Source: Camelus dromedarius (Eukaryota). Taken from it: a DNA stretch of 64,000 nucleotides. The position numbers and the translations under genes were made by a program. Under the pieces are notes generated by a model that was given only the letters and a program-made list of their open reading frames with translations, ran no database searches and had not been told where the DNA came from. The stretch spans positions 113,770,001 to 113,834,000 of the forward strand of contig NC_087437.1 in the NCBI RefSeq assembly GCF_036321535.1. The letters run 5' to 3'. Positions 37,183 to 50,129 of the stretch are shown in pieces (position 1 is the stretch's first letter; the number at the start of each line of letters is the position of its first letter).

Positions 37183-37874
37183 GTTTTTGTTGTTGAATCA
37201 TAGTTGATTTACAATGTTGTTAATTTCAGGTATACAGCTAGGTGATTCAATTATACATATACATATATATATTCTTTTTCAGATTCTTTTCCATTATAGG
37301 CTATTACAAGATATTGGCCATACTTAGAGTTTCCTGTGCTACACAGTAGGACCTTGTTGTTTATCTATTTTATATACAGTAATGTGTATCTGTTAATCCC
37401 AAACTCTTAATTTATCCCTCCCCCCAACCTCTTTCCTCTTTGGTAATCATAGTTTGTTTTCTATGTTGGAGAGTCTCTTTCTGCTTTGTAAATAAGTTCA
37501 TTTGTATCATTTTTTAGATTCCACATGTAAGTGATATTGTATGATATTTGTCTTTGTCTGACTTACTTCACTTACTGCGATCATCTCTAGGTCCATCCGC
37601 GTTGCTGCAAATGGCATTATTTCATTCCTTTTTATGGCTGAGTAGTTCCACCGTATATGTATATACTACATCTTCTTTATCCAGTCATCTGTCGATGGCC
37701 ATTTAGTTTATTTCCATGTCTTGGCTATTGTAAACAGTGCTGCTATGAACATTGGGGTAATGTGTCTTTTCAAATTAGAGTTTTCTCTGGATATGTGCCC
37801 AGGAGTGGGATTGTTGGGTCATATGGTAACTCCATTTTTACTTTTTTAAGGAACCTCCACACTGTCCTCCATAG
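37183..37874 (-). mobile_element. 5'-truncated cetartiodactyl-type L1 3' end (antisense)
   Basis: atagttgatttacaatgttg...gattccacatgtaagtgata...gctattgtaaacagtgctgctatgaacattgggg...aaggaacctccacactgt; TSD ttagccaatatttt at 37169-37182 and 37875-37888. Confidence 0.92.
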
Positions 37875-38386
37875 TTAGCCAATATTTTTATCATTTTTAT
37901 GTTATCCCTGGTCTCTGCTCTGGGAGATGCAGTGAGGGCCTAGAGCCCACATTTACCTGTGAGAAATACAGGGTTAGCCTGGACTCCCAGCTCAGGGGAA
38001 AGGAGAGCCATCTGAGAAGTGACAAACAAGGGTGCAAATTGTGCATTTTCCACTGAGACGCCCTTGGAAAAAGGTATGAGACACAGGGAGGGTGCTAATA
38101 ATGTCTTTATGATTTGCCTCCAAAAAGTTGGAAGCATTCCTTAAGCAGACATAGACAAACTCTTTGAAAAATAAAAAGCATAACACAAAGCAAGGTGTTC
38201 TCCAAATTCTCAGGCTTCATCATGGAGGTGGTGCTCAGACAAAAACGGCTATCCTGTAGTTCCCACAGGTAAATGTGGGCTCTAGGTCCTCACTGCATCT
38301 CCCAGAGCACAGACCAAGGATAACAGAAAAATGATAAAATATATTGGCTAACTATGGAGAATGGTGTGGAGGTTCCTTAAAAAGGT
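37840..38386. repeat. Inverted duplication: arms ~37840-37979 and ~38247-38386, spacer ~267 bp
   Basis: Manual alignment of the left arm to the reverse complement of the right arm gives about 10 mismatches and 2 indels over ~138 bp (~91% identity). Confidence 0.95.
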
Positions 38387-38979
38387 ACTTTCCTTCTACA
38401 ACTTTTCTTTGGCAGATTCCTGAAGCAGAAAATCCAACAAAAACTCGCTGATTACAATGGAATGTCCCAGCTCATGTTGTAGAAGGTCACTCCACTTCAT
38501 GGCATCCTGTGACACACACACAAAATCAGCTTAGTCAGAAGCATGTGCCATCTGACTAAGGGCTGGCCCTGAATTGGGCATTGTGCAGCAGGGCTGTAGC
38601 AGGTGGCCCTATCACTCCACAGCACCCCGTGGCGAATGAGCAATGCCCAGTGGTGCCAAGAAACCTCATGAGTGAAGACAGAAAAGTCTCCAGTGTCAGC
38701 CTGATGCAAGCGATCACTGCGCACGGAACACGCTCAGTGCCCCACAGCCTGACCGTGTCCAAAGCCGCAAAGCAGAAGTTCTACAAGCCAAACTGTCCCC
38801 ACAGATTGCCAGTCTGAACTTCTCTGAAGTCTGTTCATGCGGCTTTGGACATCACAGAAAGATGGACGAACCATTGGCCAATGGTGGAAAAAACACTTAG
38901 TTAAAGAAAGTACAAATGGAGATAATTCTGGTGAGAGGCAAGAGTGAGGTTCCTACTTCTGAGTATTTTATACTTTGGG

Positions 38980-39540
38980 TAGTAATTGATGACTTGTCTC
39001 CAAATTCCAACAGTGGCACAGATGTAGATCCTGCATTAGTGTCTTTTGGAAAAATGTCCTTTCATGCTTAAATAAAAGTAAAAAGGACAATTGGTTGCCT
39101 CTGGGTGGGTGGAGATTGACTGGGAATGGGCAGGAGAGAACCATGTGGATGCTGGTCTTGCTCTGTATCTCAGTAAGGATTGCATTATATACCTGTGCGC
39201 ATTTATCAAAACTTGGAAGGTTGCACATAAGATTTATGCATTTCACGGCACACAACTTTCTTTAAAAATATACATAAACAAATGTGATGCTCTTGCTAAT
39301 GAGATGCATAAAGAAATGCTTACCGATGAATACTGATGTCTGCAACTTGCTTTAAAATACATCAGAAATAATACGGACTGATGGATAGAAAGGTGAATAG
39401 TTAGACAGATAATAAAGCAAATATAGCAAATTATTGGTTATAGAACTAAGCAATGGGTATGGGTATGTTCTGTACAATTCTTCCAATTTTGTGTATGTTT
39501 GAAAATCTCAGTTAAAAAAAAAGTTGGAAAAAAAAAAAAA
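38980..39540 (+). mobile_element. Old L1 (L1MD/ME-grade) 3' UTR
   Basis: ggttgcctctggg...gagattgactggga...atttatcaaaact...atactgatgtctgcaact...gtatgtttgaaaat..polyA. Confidence 0.7.
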
Positions 39541-39659
39541 AAGAGAGAAGAAACTGAAAAGAAAAATCCCAGGGCTTCTCACAGAGTTGAGGATATTTTA
39601 ACACAAGTGGCATCAAGCTGTCAAATTATTATTATTTTTTAAACAAATTGACATCTTTT

Positions 39660-39995
39660 AATAGCTCATCCTGGGATTGTGGGATTTGGCAGTTTGGCTT
39701 GGGCTCAGCTCAGGGGCTTTCCTGGGCTAGGCCAGGTGTGGCCGGGCTGGGCTGGGCTCGCTTATGCATCTGCCCACTCTGTCGACTCAGGCCCACTGAA
39801 GCACTGTAATTTTCCTCCAAGTGGTCTCTCATCCTATAGCAGGCTGGCTTGGGCTCATTTGCACGGTGGTCACAAGCCCCCAGGTACAGCAGAGGGAGGC
39901 AGTTCCCAACGTAGAAGTGCTATTAAAGTCTCTGCCTGGGTCACGCTTGCTGTCACCCCTTTGGCCTAAACAAGTCACGTGACTAACCTGTATTC
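39660..39995 (-). mobile_element. Old MLT1 LTR fragment
   Basis: gggctgggctgggctcgctt...agcaggctggcttgggctc...cctttggcctaaacaagtcacgtgac. Confidence 0.6.
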
Positions 39996-40218
39996 ATGGG
40001 GGGAGAAGCTGCAAAGTTACATTGAAGTTGTCAAGTTATTAAAGCATTGCTTTTAGAAATGCAGTGTGCCCCATAAGATAAGACACAGGAAACCCAAAGT
40101 AAAATCAAATTCCCCTAAACCAAATCTGCCTGAAGAAACTGGTCCCTAAGGAGACGAACAGGGATTTACGTGGGAAGATACAGGAGAGGTGCAAGGTTGC
40201 AAGAAATGCATGATTTTG

Positions 40219-40371
40219 TGGAGGGGTGGGTGGTATAATTCAGTGGTAGAGAGCACGCTTAGCATGCCCAGCGTCCTGGGTTTAATCCCCAGAACCTCCA
40301 TTTAAAAATAAATAAACAAACAAACCTAATTACCTGCCCCCCTCAAAAAAAAAAAAAACAAAAAAACAGAA
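40219..40371 (+). mobile_element. tRNA-Ala-derived SINE (camelid Vic-1 type)
   Basis: ggtataattcagtggtagagagcacgcttagcatgccc...aaacctaattacctgcccccc polyA; 18-bp TSD aagaaatgcatgattttg at 40201-40218 and 40372-40389. Confidence 0.92.
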
Positions 40372-40799
40372 AAGAAATGCATGATTTTGAAGAGGCTACT
40401 TCTAAAAAAGCACTTAAGGGCTGAAGACTGATTCAACCCCGATGCCTGGCAGACCCACTCCACTCCTTTGTCCCCAGCCCACTGACTTCATAGACGTCTC
40501 AGATGGCCTAGAGCTCCCTACTAGTGAGCTATGGACAAGTGCTGGAAGCCTGCAAGGTGGGATGGGGAACATGACAGACTCATACTTTCAGCTACTTAGC
40601 ATGGTTAAAAACCCAAGCCCTTTAGATCTTCAACTTTTGCACAGAGTCTATAGTTTGATTTCTGGACAGTTTGACATCTTGACTCTGTTTTTGGAGAGGC
40701 TGTCTATAGGATGAGTTTGTTTGTTAACATCTAGCTTTACTGATAGAGGAATACGTTGTAGAGGGTACCTTGTGGAAAGCAGGTGTTCCATGGATCTAC

Positions 40800-40960
40800 T
40801 GCAGTGACCTTGGAATCCTACAGCTGCTCCTCTGCCTACTGGATGGATGGCCTTTAGACAAATGCTTAAACTCTGTGAACCTCAGCTTCCTTATCTGTTC
40901 AAAACAATAGCAATAATAACACTTACTTTTAGAGTCATTGTGAGAATCACATGCATTTCA
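40800..40960 (+). mobile_element. MIR SINE
   Basis: cttaaactctgtgaacctcagcttccttatctgt...aataataacacttact...ttgtgagaat. Confidence 0.7.
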
Positions 40961-43109
40961 TAAGATATGACGTCTCCAATGGGTGGTTGTCTGAGACCCA
41001 GAAGAAACAAAAACGATGAATAAGAAAGTCTTCATCTGCTGGCCCAGCCTGTCGAACTGGCTTACCATCAAAAAGAAGCAAATGATCACCACCCCTGTTG
41101 GGATGGAAAATTGCTATTGTGCTCTCAGAAGACAGCGGAAGAGGCCACTGAAGTGGGAGGGTCAGAAAACTGGCCACAGTGTCTAGAAACTTCCTGGGAA
41201 TAATCTTGCTAGGGAGAGATATCCCGCAGTTCTGGGGATACGGAGATAAACTTTAAAATGTGAGTTAACAATAATCACCACGAGACAGATGGATAAGCAG
41301 GGACCCGGAGCCTCCATGTGGAAATGTTCTTTCCAGTTAAGCCACTGTTTGTACTACCCCAGCTTTGCTTATTAAAGAAATATTTTATATTTCCATCATT
41401 ATTAATTGCTTCTTATATCTGTAGTGCTGGCTAGCAGATGAAATAGAAGAGACAAGGGTGATGGATGGATGTTACTGCTGGGTCAGAGAAGAACATTTCC
41501 AGAAAAGCTACAGCCACACTAACACATGCATTTGAGGGGAGGTATGGAGACCAGTCAATCAGGCTGGAATTCCAGTGGAAATTGCTGAGTCTCCAGGAAG
41601 GGTGTTTTCCACGTTGAGCATGGAGAGTTGCTTCTAATAACAGGACCCATTTGGACCCATTTTATTAACTTATTCCATTTACAAAGATGGAATCTTTAAA
41701 ACGCCATAATAAGGCAGTGTTGCAAGCTGAAGTGACTTCCTTAAGAGGTGGAAAATACGCATTTCACCGTAGCAGTAGGATGTACTAAATAGCGTGTAAT
41801 GGACAACAAAATCCCCCCTTAACGTTTCCTAGGATTTCACGAAGAAAGATGCTGCTAGTGGGGAAATTTTGCTTAGTAAGAAATAAGGAAAGCAAACTCC
41901 TAGGAAAGCCTACATTCATTATCAAAGCCCGGGGCTGTCGGCTATCCAAGGGGATATCTTGAGTGGTTCAAATCAGTTGATAAGATGACAGTCCTTGGAT
42001 AATGAGAAATTGCTTGAAAGCAATTTCCCACTAAGACTTGGCATGTTAACTACAGTTGTACGGTAGAAATATTACAGACTATAAGTTGTCTTTGATAAAC
42101 CAAGAAGAAGAGAATGCTGTTATCTCCCTCCAAATATAAAAGCCCTTTGATAATGTTCTTGAAGATGCAGACGGCTCAAATAGTTTATTCTAATATTCCT
42201 CTAAGTCACAGGTTGCATTTTTTTGTTTGTTTTGTTTTATTTTTCCAATAGTGCCGGGACATTTTTGCCCTTGGTCGAAGACTGTCTGGGGAGTTGGAGA
42301 AATTTTATTGGGCTTCCAAATCTTGTAAAATAGAACCAGTTTTCTTACCCCAACCCTGTGTTCCATCTGGGAGGCCGACTTCCAATATTCAGTGGAAATT
42401 TTGTCTTGTTCTTCAGCCTCTAAGATCTACGGAAAACTTCTATATATTTTTTATTGAAGTGTTAAAAGGAAATACTCGTCATGTAAGCCTAAAGGAAACT
42501 TCAGACTTTTTTGACCCTCAAAGAAACACAGATGAAAGCATGTAACATTCAGACATGGATGAAGAAACACTTTCCAGCACAATTTAGACTTGAAATTGTA
42601 TTTTTTCTTAATTTATCTTGTGCCTTTGAATCACAAATCTCAAAAAAAAAAATGAAACTATTTTTGTACTTAGAAATGAACAAGTGATAATCCTCATTGC
42701 AAGAAACTATATTTATCAGAAAAGTCTACGGAAATGGATTTTTTCCTGTTAGGTCATCGCATGAATCAGGCTTTGTGAGGTTTTATTTAAATAATACATA
42801 ATCCCTCAAATGTGAGATCCTTTTAAAAACCAAGGTTCACTTTTCACTCATGTTATATGATATTAACACATCTTCCATTCTAACATCCGCATTAAAGGAG
42901 CACATTTTCCTGGTAGCTTTGGCCAAGAACTGCAGTCCTTGCAAACTTGGACTCTTCCTGCCTCTGTGACTACAGGCTAATTTTTTTCCTTCTCTTTTCT
43001 TTTCTTTTTTGCTGCAAATATAATTTTCTTTTCTTTTCTTTTTTTGCTTCACAGTATTATTGAAGCATCATTTCAAAATCTCTTTGTAAGCATCTTTTAA
43101 TGATGTATA

Positions 43110-43225
43110 GTATTTTTCCAGCTTTGTTGAGGTATAATTGACAAATAAAAATTGTATATATTTAAGGCATACAACTTGATGATTTGATAAATGCACTGTG
43201 AAATGATCACCACAATTCACCTGAT
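43110..43225 (-). mobile_element. L1MA/MB-grade 3' terminal fragment
   Basis: cagctttgttgaggtataattgacaaataaaaattgtatatatttaagg..tacaac.tgatgatttgata. Confidence 0.75.
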
Positions 43226-43589
43226 TCTTAGGTGCAAAACAGCTATTTTAAAGCCACACAAGGGCTCTAAGGATCTTAGAAGGAACAGAAATGCATGCAT
43301 CTCATGTGCAGCTACCAGAACTAGAATGAACACATGGCAGGAGGGTGTAAATGTGAGTGTAGAATTTGGCAGAGATTATCCTCCTCACTCAGTCTTTCCA
43401 CACTCCAGTTATGTGTGACAGCCACATGTGACACCTCTAACTCTGATGTAGTTTGATGGACGTACTAGAAATGAGAGTCAGGAAATTGGATAGATCATCC
43501 TGGCCAGGATGGTGGTGATGTCCGTTTCCACTCACACAACATGTAAATAACCAGGAAGTTGAAAGAACCAGACACTTTTTGTTGGGAGC

Positions 43590-43840
43590 TACAACAGCAA
43601 CAGCTAATATTAAATGCATATTTCACGAACATCCTTCGTGTGCAGTGTTTTGGATGCATTATGTCCTTTGATCCTCCCATCAGCTGGTGAGGCAGCTATT
43701 ATAACGCTCATTTTTTACAGGTGAGGAAACCAAGGCTTAGGAAGACTAAGTAATTTGAAAAAGATCACACACTTAGTATGTGGTAGAGCCTTGATTTGAT
43801 CCAAGGCGATCTGATTTTGGAATTCACACTTTTAACCATT
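43590..43840 (-). mobile_element. MIR SINE
   Basis: ctcatttttacaggtgaggaaaccaaggcttag..aagtaatttg..aagatcacac...gccttgatttgatccaagg. Confidence 0.7.
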
Positions 43841-43974
43841 ATAGAGCCCACTCATAACTGTTGTTTTAATCTTGAACCTGGAGTATGACAAGTCAGAAGT
43901 GGCTTCTGAATCATAAAAGATTAAATTACGCTCCACGAGGTTTTTATGTTAAATGCGTTTTGTTATAGCCTAAC

Positions 43975-44150
43975 TCAATGGTCAACATATTTTTTCTATA
44001 AAGGACCAAAGAATAAATATTTTAGACTTTGTGGTCTACAAACAGCCTCTGTTGCATATTTTGTTATTGTTATTACCCTTTAAAAATGTGAAAAAAAAAA
44101 AAACATTAATAGCTCAAAACAAGGCATAGGGCAAAGTTTGCCAAGCCCTG
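43975..44150. mobile_element. MER58-family MITE
   Basis: ttttttctataaaggacca..gaataaatattttagactttgtgg...aagtttgccaagccctg. Confidence 0.7.
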
Positions 44151-44689
44151 GTAACATATCAAAGCCTCGAGGCACTGAGTACGAGATACTGAGTGTAATC
44201 TCTCCGCCAAATAATGTGATTCACCGGAACATCCCATTTACAGCTGTCTTGGAGCAGTAGGAACCTATGAAACTGGAAGGTGAGTTTGGGTGTATACTGC
44301 CTACACTCCATGAACTTGTTTTCTTGAGCAACCTCAGTGTGGAGTCAGGCTTATATTAGGATTCCAAATGCCACGTTAGAGCCTGGAGGGACCCTTCTCA
44401 GCCCCTATTCTGCTTCTGGAAATGGCACGGGGTGATCTTTTGTAGATGTGCAAGCTGTTGTTCTTGACAATTTCATCTAAAAATACCAGTGAGTTTTATG
44501 GAAACTGAAAATCTATTTCCAAGTCTCCTCTTTCTCAAAAGACATCAAAAACCACCACAAAAAATATTGGAGCCCAAATAATTTAGAGAGCAATAACAGA
44601 GTCACAGATGGTTCTTTGGACCTTTGGCCTCATGCTGTTGGAAATCACATGAGGAAGGATGAAGGTCAATATTCCTTCTAACAGGCAGC

Positions 44690-44935
44690 GTGTCTATGGA
44701 ACTTACTGTGTACAGTTCTAAGCCTTTCACTTAGTAACTTATTTGAATCTCACAGCAGGTCTAGGGGGAAGGTAATCATGTTGCCCCCGCTTTTCAGATG
44801 GGGAACCAGGGCACAGAGAGCTGGATGACTCATCTGAGTTTACTTAGCAGGTAAGTGGTCGGTCCAAGATTTAGACCCAGGTAGACTGACTGATGAGCCC
44901 ATGATCTCGGCCACTTTATCGCACTGTTTTCCCAT
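44690..44935 (-). mobile_element. MIR SINE
   Basis: gttctaagcctttcac...tttgaatctcacagca...ttttcagatggggaaccagggcacagagag...gatttagacccagg. Confidence 0.7.
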
Positions 44936-47432
44936 GAGCCAGAAAATGGTTAGGCCAATGGGAGAAAAGCTGTGTTTTGAAGGACAGTATTTAATTCATG
45001 AATGAAGTGTGTTAAATTCAATGGTTCAACTTCTGACCACTTGGTAATTGGAGAGTACTGGGTTCTAATTCTGCTTTTCCCAACCATCTTGTTGATCATC
45101 CCGGCACTGAGAGCTGTGCTCGGCATTTTATCACACAAAAGAAGACAGTTAGTTCTTAACATGACCTACTCTGTCAATATGTTAAATGTTTTCTAATCAC
45201 TTTAAGCCCCCTTCCTCCCTGGGGGTCATATGCATGCAGCCTGTGGGGCTCTCTAACCAGACATGGGACCTCAGGGAAAGTTCTTTCTCTGGGCATCAGC
45301 CTCATTCATTTATTCTGCAAATATTAACATACAGCAACTGTGTCTTCTTATCCATATAATAAAAGGTTCAGACTGCATGACCTCTGAGGCATCTTCCATC
45401 AATAATATTTGCATTATTTAATGGTCTCCCGTAGTATTTGGTCACTGAGGGAAGTGTTTCTTTGCTGAAGAATTCCTTTACTCACTAAGGGAAGTCTTCC
45501 CTTAACTAAAGATCTAAAAACCTCCTTGACAGTGACAGCTTACAACAAAAAATGTTTTCCCATTAACCACAGGATAAAAATATCCTTAAAATTAGATCAG
45601 CATTCGTAATAATCTGGTATCATAATAACCGTGTAACCTCGCTTCACAAGAGAGTCAGCCCTTCAGGAGGAAGAATGACTAAACTTAACTCATTTCTTCT
45701 TGGAGCACCAAGATTACAATCTCAAGGTATCCTTTAGATGCCGTAATCTGCTTTGAACTTTGGCCCGGTTATTTCCATGAACATCCTCCACTTCCACTGG
45801 GGTAGATACTATATAAGACAGAACATTACAAATCACTTTGTTTAAAGTTACCGAAGAAAAAGAGGGGAAGAGAAACCAGCTTGGAGTCTGCTGTTAATTA
45901 AAACCAGCCGATGATGTGCAGCGATTTGTCTGGGGCGCTTCTGACTGGGCCGGTTCCTTGACAGCTGTACATTTTTTCTTGCCTGTATTGTTTGAACTCT
46001 GTCCAATGGTACAATCGTTAAATCTTTGATAGCTGTTGTTTAAATATGAGAAAGGCGGTGGGGGGGGCTGCTTTTTGTTTTAAGCGAGAGAGGGAGATGA
46101 ATCTTGTATTTCATTTTAAAAGTGAGGGCTTATTAGATCATTTTCCCTGGGTTCTGGTAGAGTGCCTCTGGTCATTTTCAGGTTGTCTATTGACACTTTT
46201 TCACTGCACAAATGTCGAAAGTCTGACTTCCTCTCCTCCTTCCTACGGGGTGCTTGCTGGGGTTAGGAGGGAAAAGGGTGGAACACCTGGTCGTACTCAA
46301 ACGAGACTGGGGTTAAGTTCATTTCCCACTTGAAAGTTCCAGAGGCTGGAATACATTTAAATGTTTGCTAATAGCAGAAGAGACTACCAAAAAAAAAAAA
46401 AAAAAAAAAAAAAAATTCCAGTGGCTTTGGGAAAGTTGGTCACAAACACACCAAAAAGAATTTTGTTTCATCCTTGAGTTTGACAGACACTCGGTGATTA
46501 ACCAAAGATAGCGAATCTGTGTATCTCCAAATGCCAAAGCAACTTTAAAAGGGATTATTGTTCACACTTTCTGAAAGACAAATTGACATAAAAATGTATA
46601 TAAAAGAGTATCTATATGCTTGTCCATACCTTAAACTTTGGGTGTTAAATATTTTATAAGCACAGTACCCTTTCTAAATAGCTATTGTGATATATCTCTC
46701 CCCATATAGGAATAAACAGATATATTGATTAGATAGATGATAGACAGATAGACAGACTTAGTGTTTCAATCTACCTTTCAGGTCAAATTTCATTGTTAAA
46801 GTTCTGTTTCAAGACAACCTCACCTACTATTAGGAGGGTGTTTGGAGCTTCAGATGAACTTCTTGCCAGCAAAGGTAGCTGTGGAGTTCTGCCAGGATTC
46901 CCCTTCTTTCAAGGTCAACCTGCAACTGTGACCTTGTTTCCTCCAAAGAACTAGACAGATTGTCTTTTTTTTTTTTTTTTTTGCTGGGACTCTTAGACTC
47001 CTGGGGCAAAGTTTTTCAAAGACAGGTGTGAAAATTCTCCTTGCTTATTCAGAAGTGAGTCATTGTCTTCAAGCTGCTATTCCTTATCTCAACCTGCTAA
47101 AGGTCAAATGACGTTCTGGTTCACATAAAGATGTTCTGTGCTGAATTTTCAGCCTCATAGGGGGGTTCTTTTATTTCATTTGGTGTGGGAGAGCCCCACA
47201 ATGTTGTTGAAGTCTTCGTCTGTGTCAGGTAAAACCGACCAGACAACCGTGGAACTGCTGGCCCGTTGGAAGGTAAGTCAGGTTGTCACCTTATTAGAAT
47301 TACTCTTGGGGTCCAAGCACAGACAGTAAAGAAAATAATCCTGACTGCAAGTAAACATAACTATCTTAATGCCAGTTGCTTTTGTCAAACATGAGAAGTA
47401 TCTGACTTTGCTCTGATTATAAGTACTTTTTA

Positions 47433-47600
47433 CGACATTTACAATGTCGTGTTAATTTCTGGTATAAAGCATAGTGATCCCATCATACACATAGATTTTC
47501 TTTTTCATCGTAAGTTTTTACAAGTTATTGAATATAGTTCCCTATGCTGTACAGTAGGTTCCTGTTGTTTATCTATCCTGTATATAGTAGTTAGTATGGA
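47433..47600 (-). mobile_element. Short cetartiodactyl-type L1 3' end
   Basis: tttacaatgtcgtgttaatttctgg...ttacaagttattgaatatagttccctatgctgtacagtagg; probable TSD tacttttta at 47424-47432 and 47601-47609. Confidence 0.8.
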
Positions 47601-48814
47601 TACTTTTTATTTTAATCAACATTTTAATTAAAAATTTTTGAGACTGCCCATTTAGAGTCAGATAGGTATGTGTCCAGGTCTAGTCCATTTAAACTAGAGC
47701 CCAGTGTTTGCTTATTTGTCTTAGAAATTGTGGCTCTGGAAGTCTTAGTACTTATGAAGTTCTCATTTCTGTCAGCTAGGCTGTGTAAGCACGGGGTAGC
47801 TAGCAGAGTGGCAAGCCACATTGGTTACCCACACGCCACTCTTTCCTCCCCGCACACTCCTACTAGCTCACACACCTCACCTCCACTAGCAGGTCTGAAA
47901 ATATCTGATGTTAGATTTACAGCGAGATCATGAGGGTCAGCTGTAGACTGGGACCTGACAGGAGGTCACGTGTGGGACCTGGGGGACGGCTTCACTCCCC
48001 GAACTACAAAGCACTGCCCTGGGGTCCTGTCCCTCTTTTCTGGTTGCTGCAGTGATCTCTGGAAGAGCTGTATCCATTTTGAAACCAGAGGATGGCACAC
48101 AGAAAAAGAGAAAGAGCCTGAGTCTGTGATGACTTCAATGAGCCCCCAAACTGACCCTGGACCCGTCTACCTCTGAATGTCTTATAATGTGAGCTTAGCA
48201 GGTGCCTGAAGCCATCTTAACTGAAACAGATAGGCCTGGATTTAAAAAAGCAATTCCCTTCACCGTCCTCTTGTGCTTGCGGATCCGTAGCAGTGGTCTC
48301 AGTGTTCACCAACTATGACAGGTCTACGGGGCTAAGAGCATCAAGATCAGGCTGCGAGATACGGAAGGCGCAAAGGGAGGGGCCAAGGCAGGAAGCAGTG
48401 TTGTAATGAGGACACTGAGCAGGATGCAGAAGAGAGAAATTAGCACGCTCTAGCTCCACGGTGGATAATGTTTAATTTCAAAGTTAAAACTGCTAAAAGT
48501 TTAAGAAGGGCCAGGAAAAGGAAAGAGATTCCTGCACTGAATGAGAAACTGGGCTCCGGGACTCTGAGTTTCCTTCAACTTTTAACATTGCCTGATGTTT
48601 AGAAACTCAGACAAATCATTAAAGAAATGCTACCTCTAAAAGTAATCCATTAAGGAATTAAAAATGTCCTCATGCTCTCTGACTTTTAAGGAAGTTTGAT
48701 CTACAGCTTGAGTTTATGGATAACGGACTTGAAAGAGAGGGAGGGTTAGCAGGAGTGTCAGCTCTCCTAGCACGAGGATCTGTCCGTGGCTGTTAGTTCC
48801 TGTAAATGGACAGG

Positions 48815-49000
48815 CAGATAGTAAAGACTCAGACTCGGGTTCAAATCCGAGCCTGACCTTCAACAGCTTTGTCAGCAGGGTTACTGAACCCTCTGAGCTT
48901 CAGTTACCTCCTTTAAAAATGGAAAGAATAATAGCATTTGTTTTATGGAATTTTTTTGGTGATAATTAAATAAAATACTCCAAATAAAGACAATTTAACC
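48815..49000 (+). mobile_element. MIR SINE
   Basis: cagactcgggttcaaatcc...ctctgagcttcagttacctc..taaaaatgg..aataatagc. Confidence 0.7.
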
Positions 49001-50129
49001 TGCCAAGGACATCATAAATGCAAAAAATGTCAGCCACTGTGATTATTTTTATTATCTCTTACAACTGTATGATATGGTGCTTCTGGAGAAACTGAAATTG
49101 GTTCTAAATGGCCCCATATGTTCAACAGAAATAATAATGCTAGTAGGAGAAAAATACCTGTCAGTTACTATACTTCTTACACTAATCATTGCTTTTCTAG
49201 AATAATATCTTTTAAAAATATTTCAGGGAGTAATTTTGAGACGGACACCTGGATAACATCTGAAACGGCTTAGTTCTCTCACATAGGATTTACAGAATTA
49301 CTGATTTCTGCATAAAACATGAGGATCTTGAATTATGAATATTGAATCATAGTTTTTCAATGATGGACAGATTAAATATTTCCATGTTTTAACTGCTTCT
49401 GGATTATATCTGGTTTCATATCATCACTATTTTAGTGGGCTACTTTGTGGCCAAATAGTTTTAACATTTGTTCAATCCTAAATAATGAGTCATTAATCTT
49501 ATGTGACACCCAACCAGATTTTAATATTTATTAAAGTGCTGTTGTTCACAACAGTCTTTATGCTATTTATAGTATCTGAGTCTTTTTTTTTCCCCAGAAT
49601 AAAGTTACCTACATATCAAACTGCTTATCTCAAAACCATGACAAGTGGATAAAATCTTAGGTGAAACTCTATAAAATGTATGTTTTTACTAAAAACCAAT
49701 CTTCAATATTTATTTGAAATTAATTGGTGAGTTAGGTAAAGGAAGCTTGTAATTCATACTTTAAAAATAAGTAGATTTCATAAATGTAAGCTTGTCTGTA
49801 TCTTGTTGGCTTGAATACAAATATATACTGACTGCTCTTTAAAGTTTCTGACGTAATTACTAAAACTGCTAAAAAGAAAACAACATTATCTGTTGTTGGT
49901 TAATTTGCAGGATGATGAAGACAATGATAAGCATTTTAAGGGTAAAATGTGACTTCAGTTTGGTTGAGTTGTTTATTTTCTCTTTGAACATTATACCACT
50001 TCCCTGCTGCCCCTAGAGAAAATGCTGATTGTTTTTCAAGAATGCAGGTGTCAGGTGGGATTAAATATTCTTTTGACTTCCCATTGAGGCTTCTAAACCA
50101 TTACTTCAATATCCTCCAAATGCCCTTAC

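Noticed and set aside
37657-37878. ORF MYILHLLYPVICRWPFSLFPCLG..., and similar ORFs at 8250-8540, 28609-28911 and 33778-33972
   Set aside because: These are chance frames within L1 3' regions.
41943-42001. Hairpin tatccaagg...ccttggata (miRNA-like?)
   Set aside because: Only a 9-bp perfect stem with a poorly pairing interior. Many such stems are expected by chance in 64 kb.
45715-45800. Minus-strand codon-like stretch EVEDVHGNNRAKVQSRLRHLKDTLRL
   Set aside because: No usable donor before the stop, a weak acceptor and no recognised homology.
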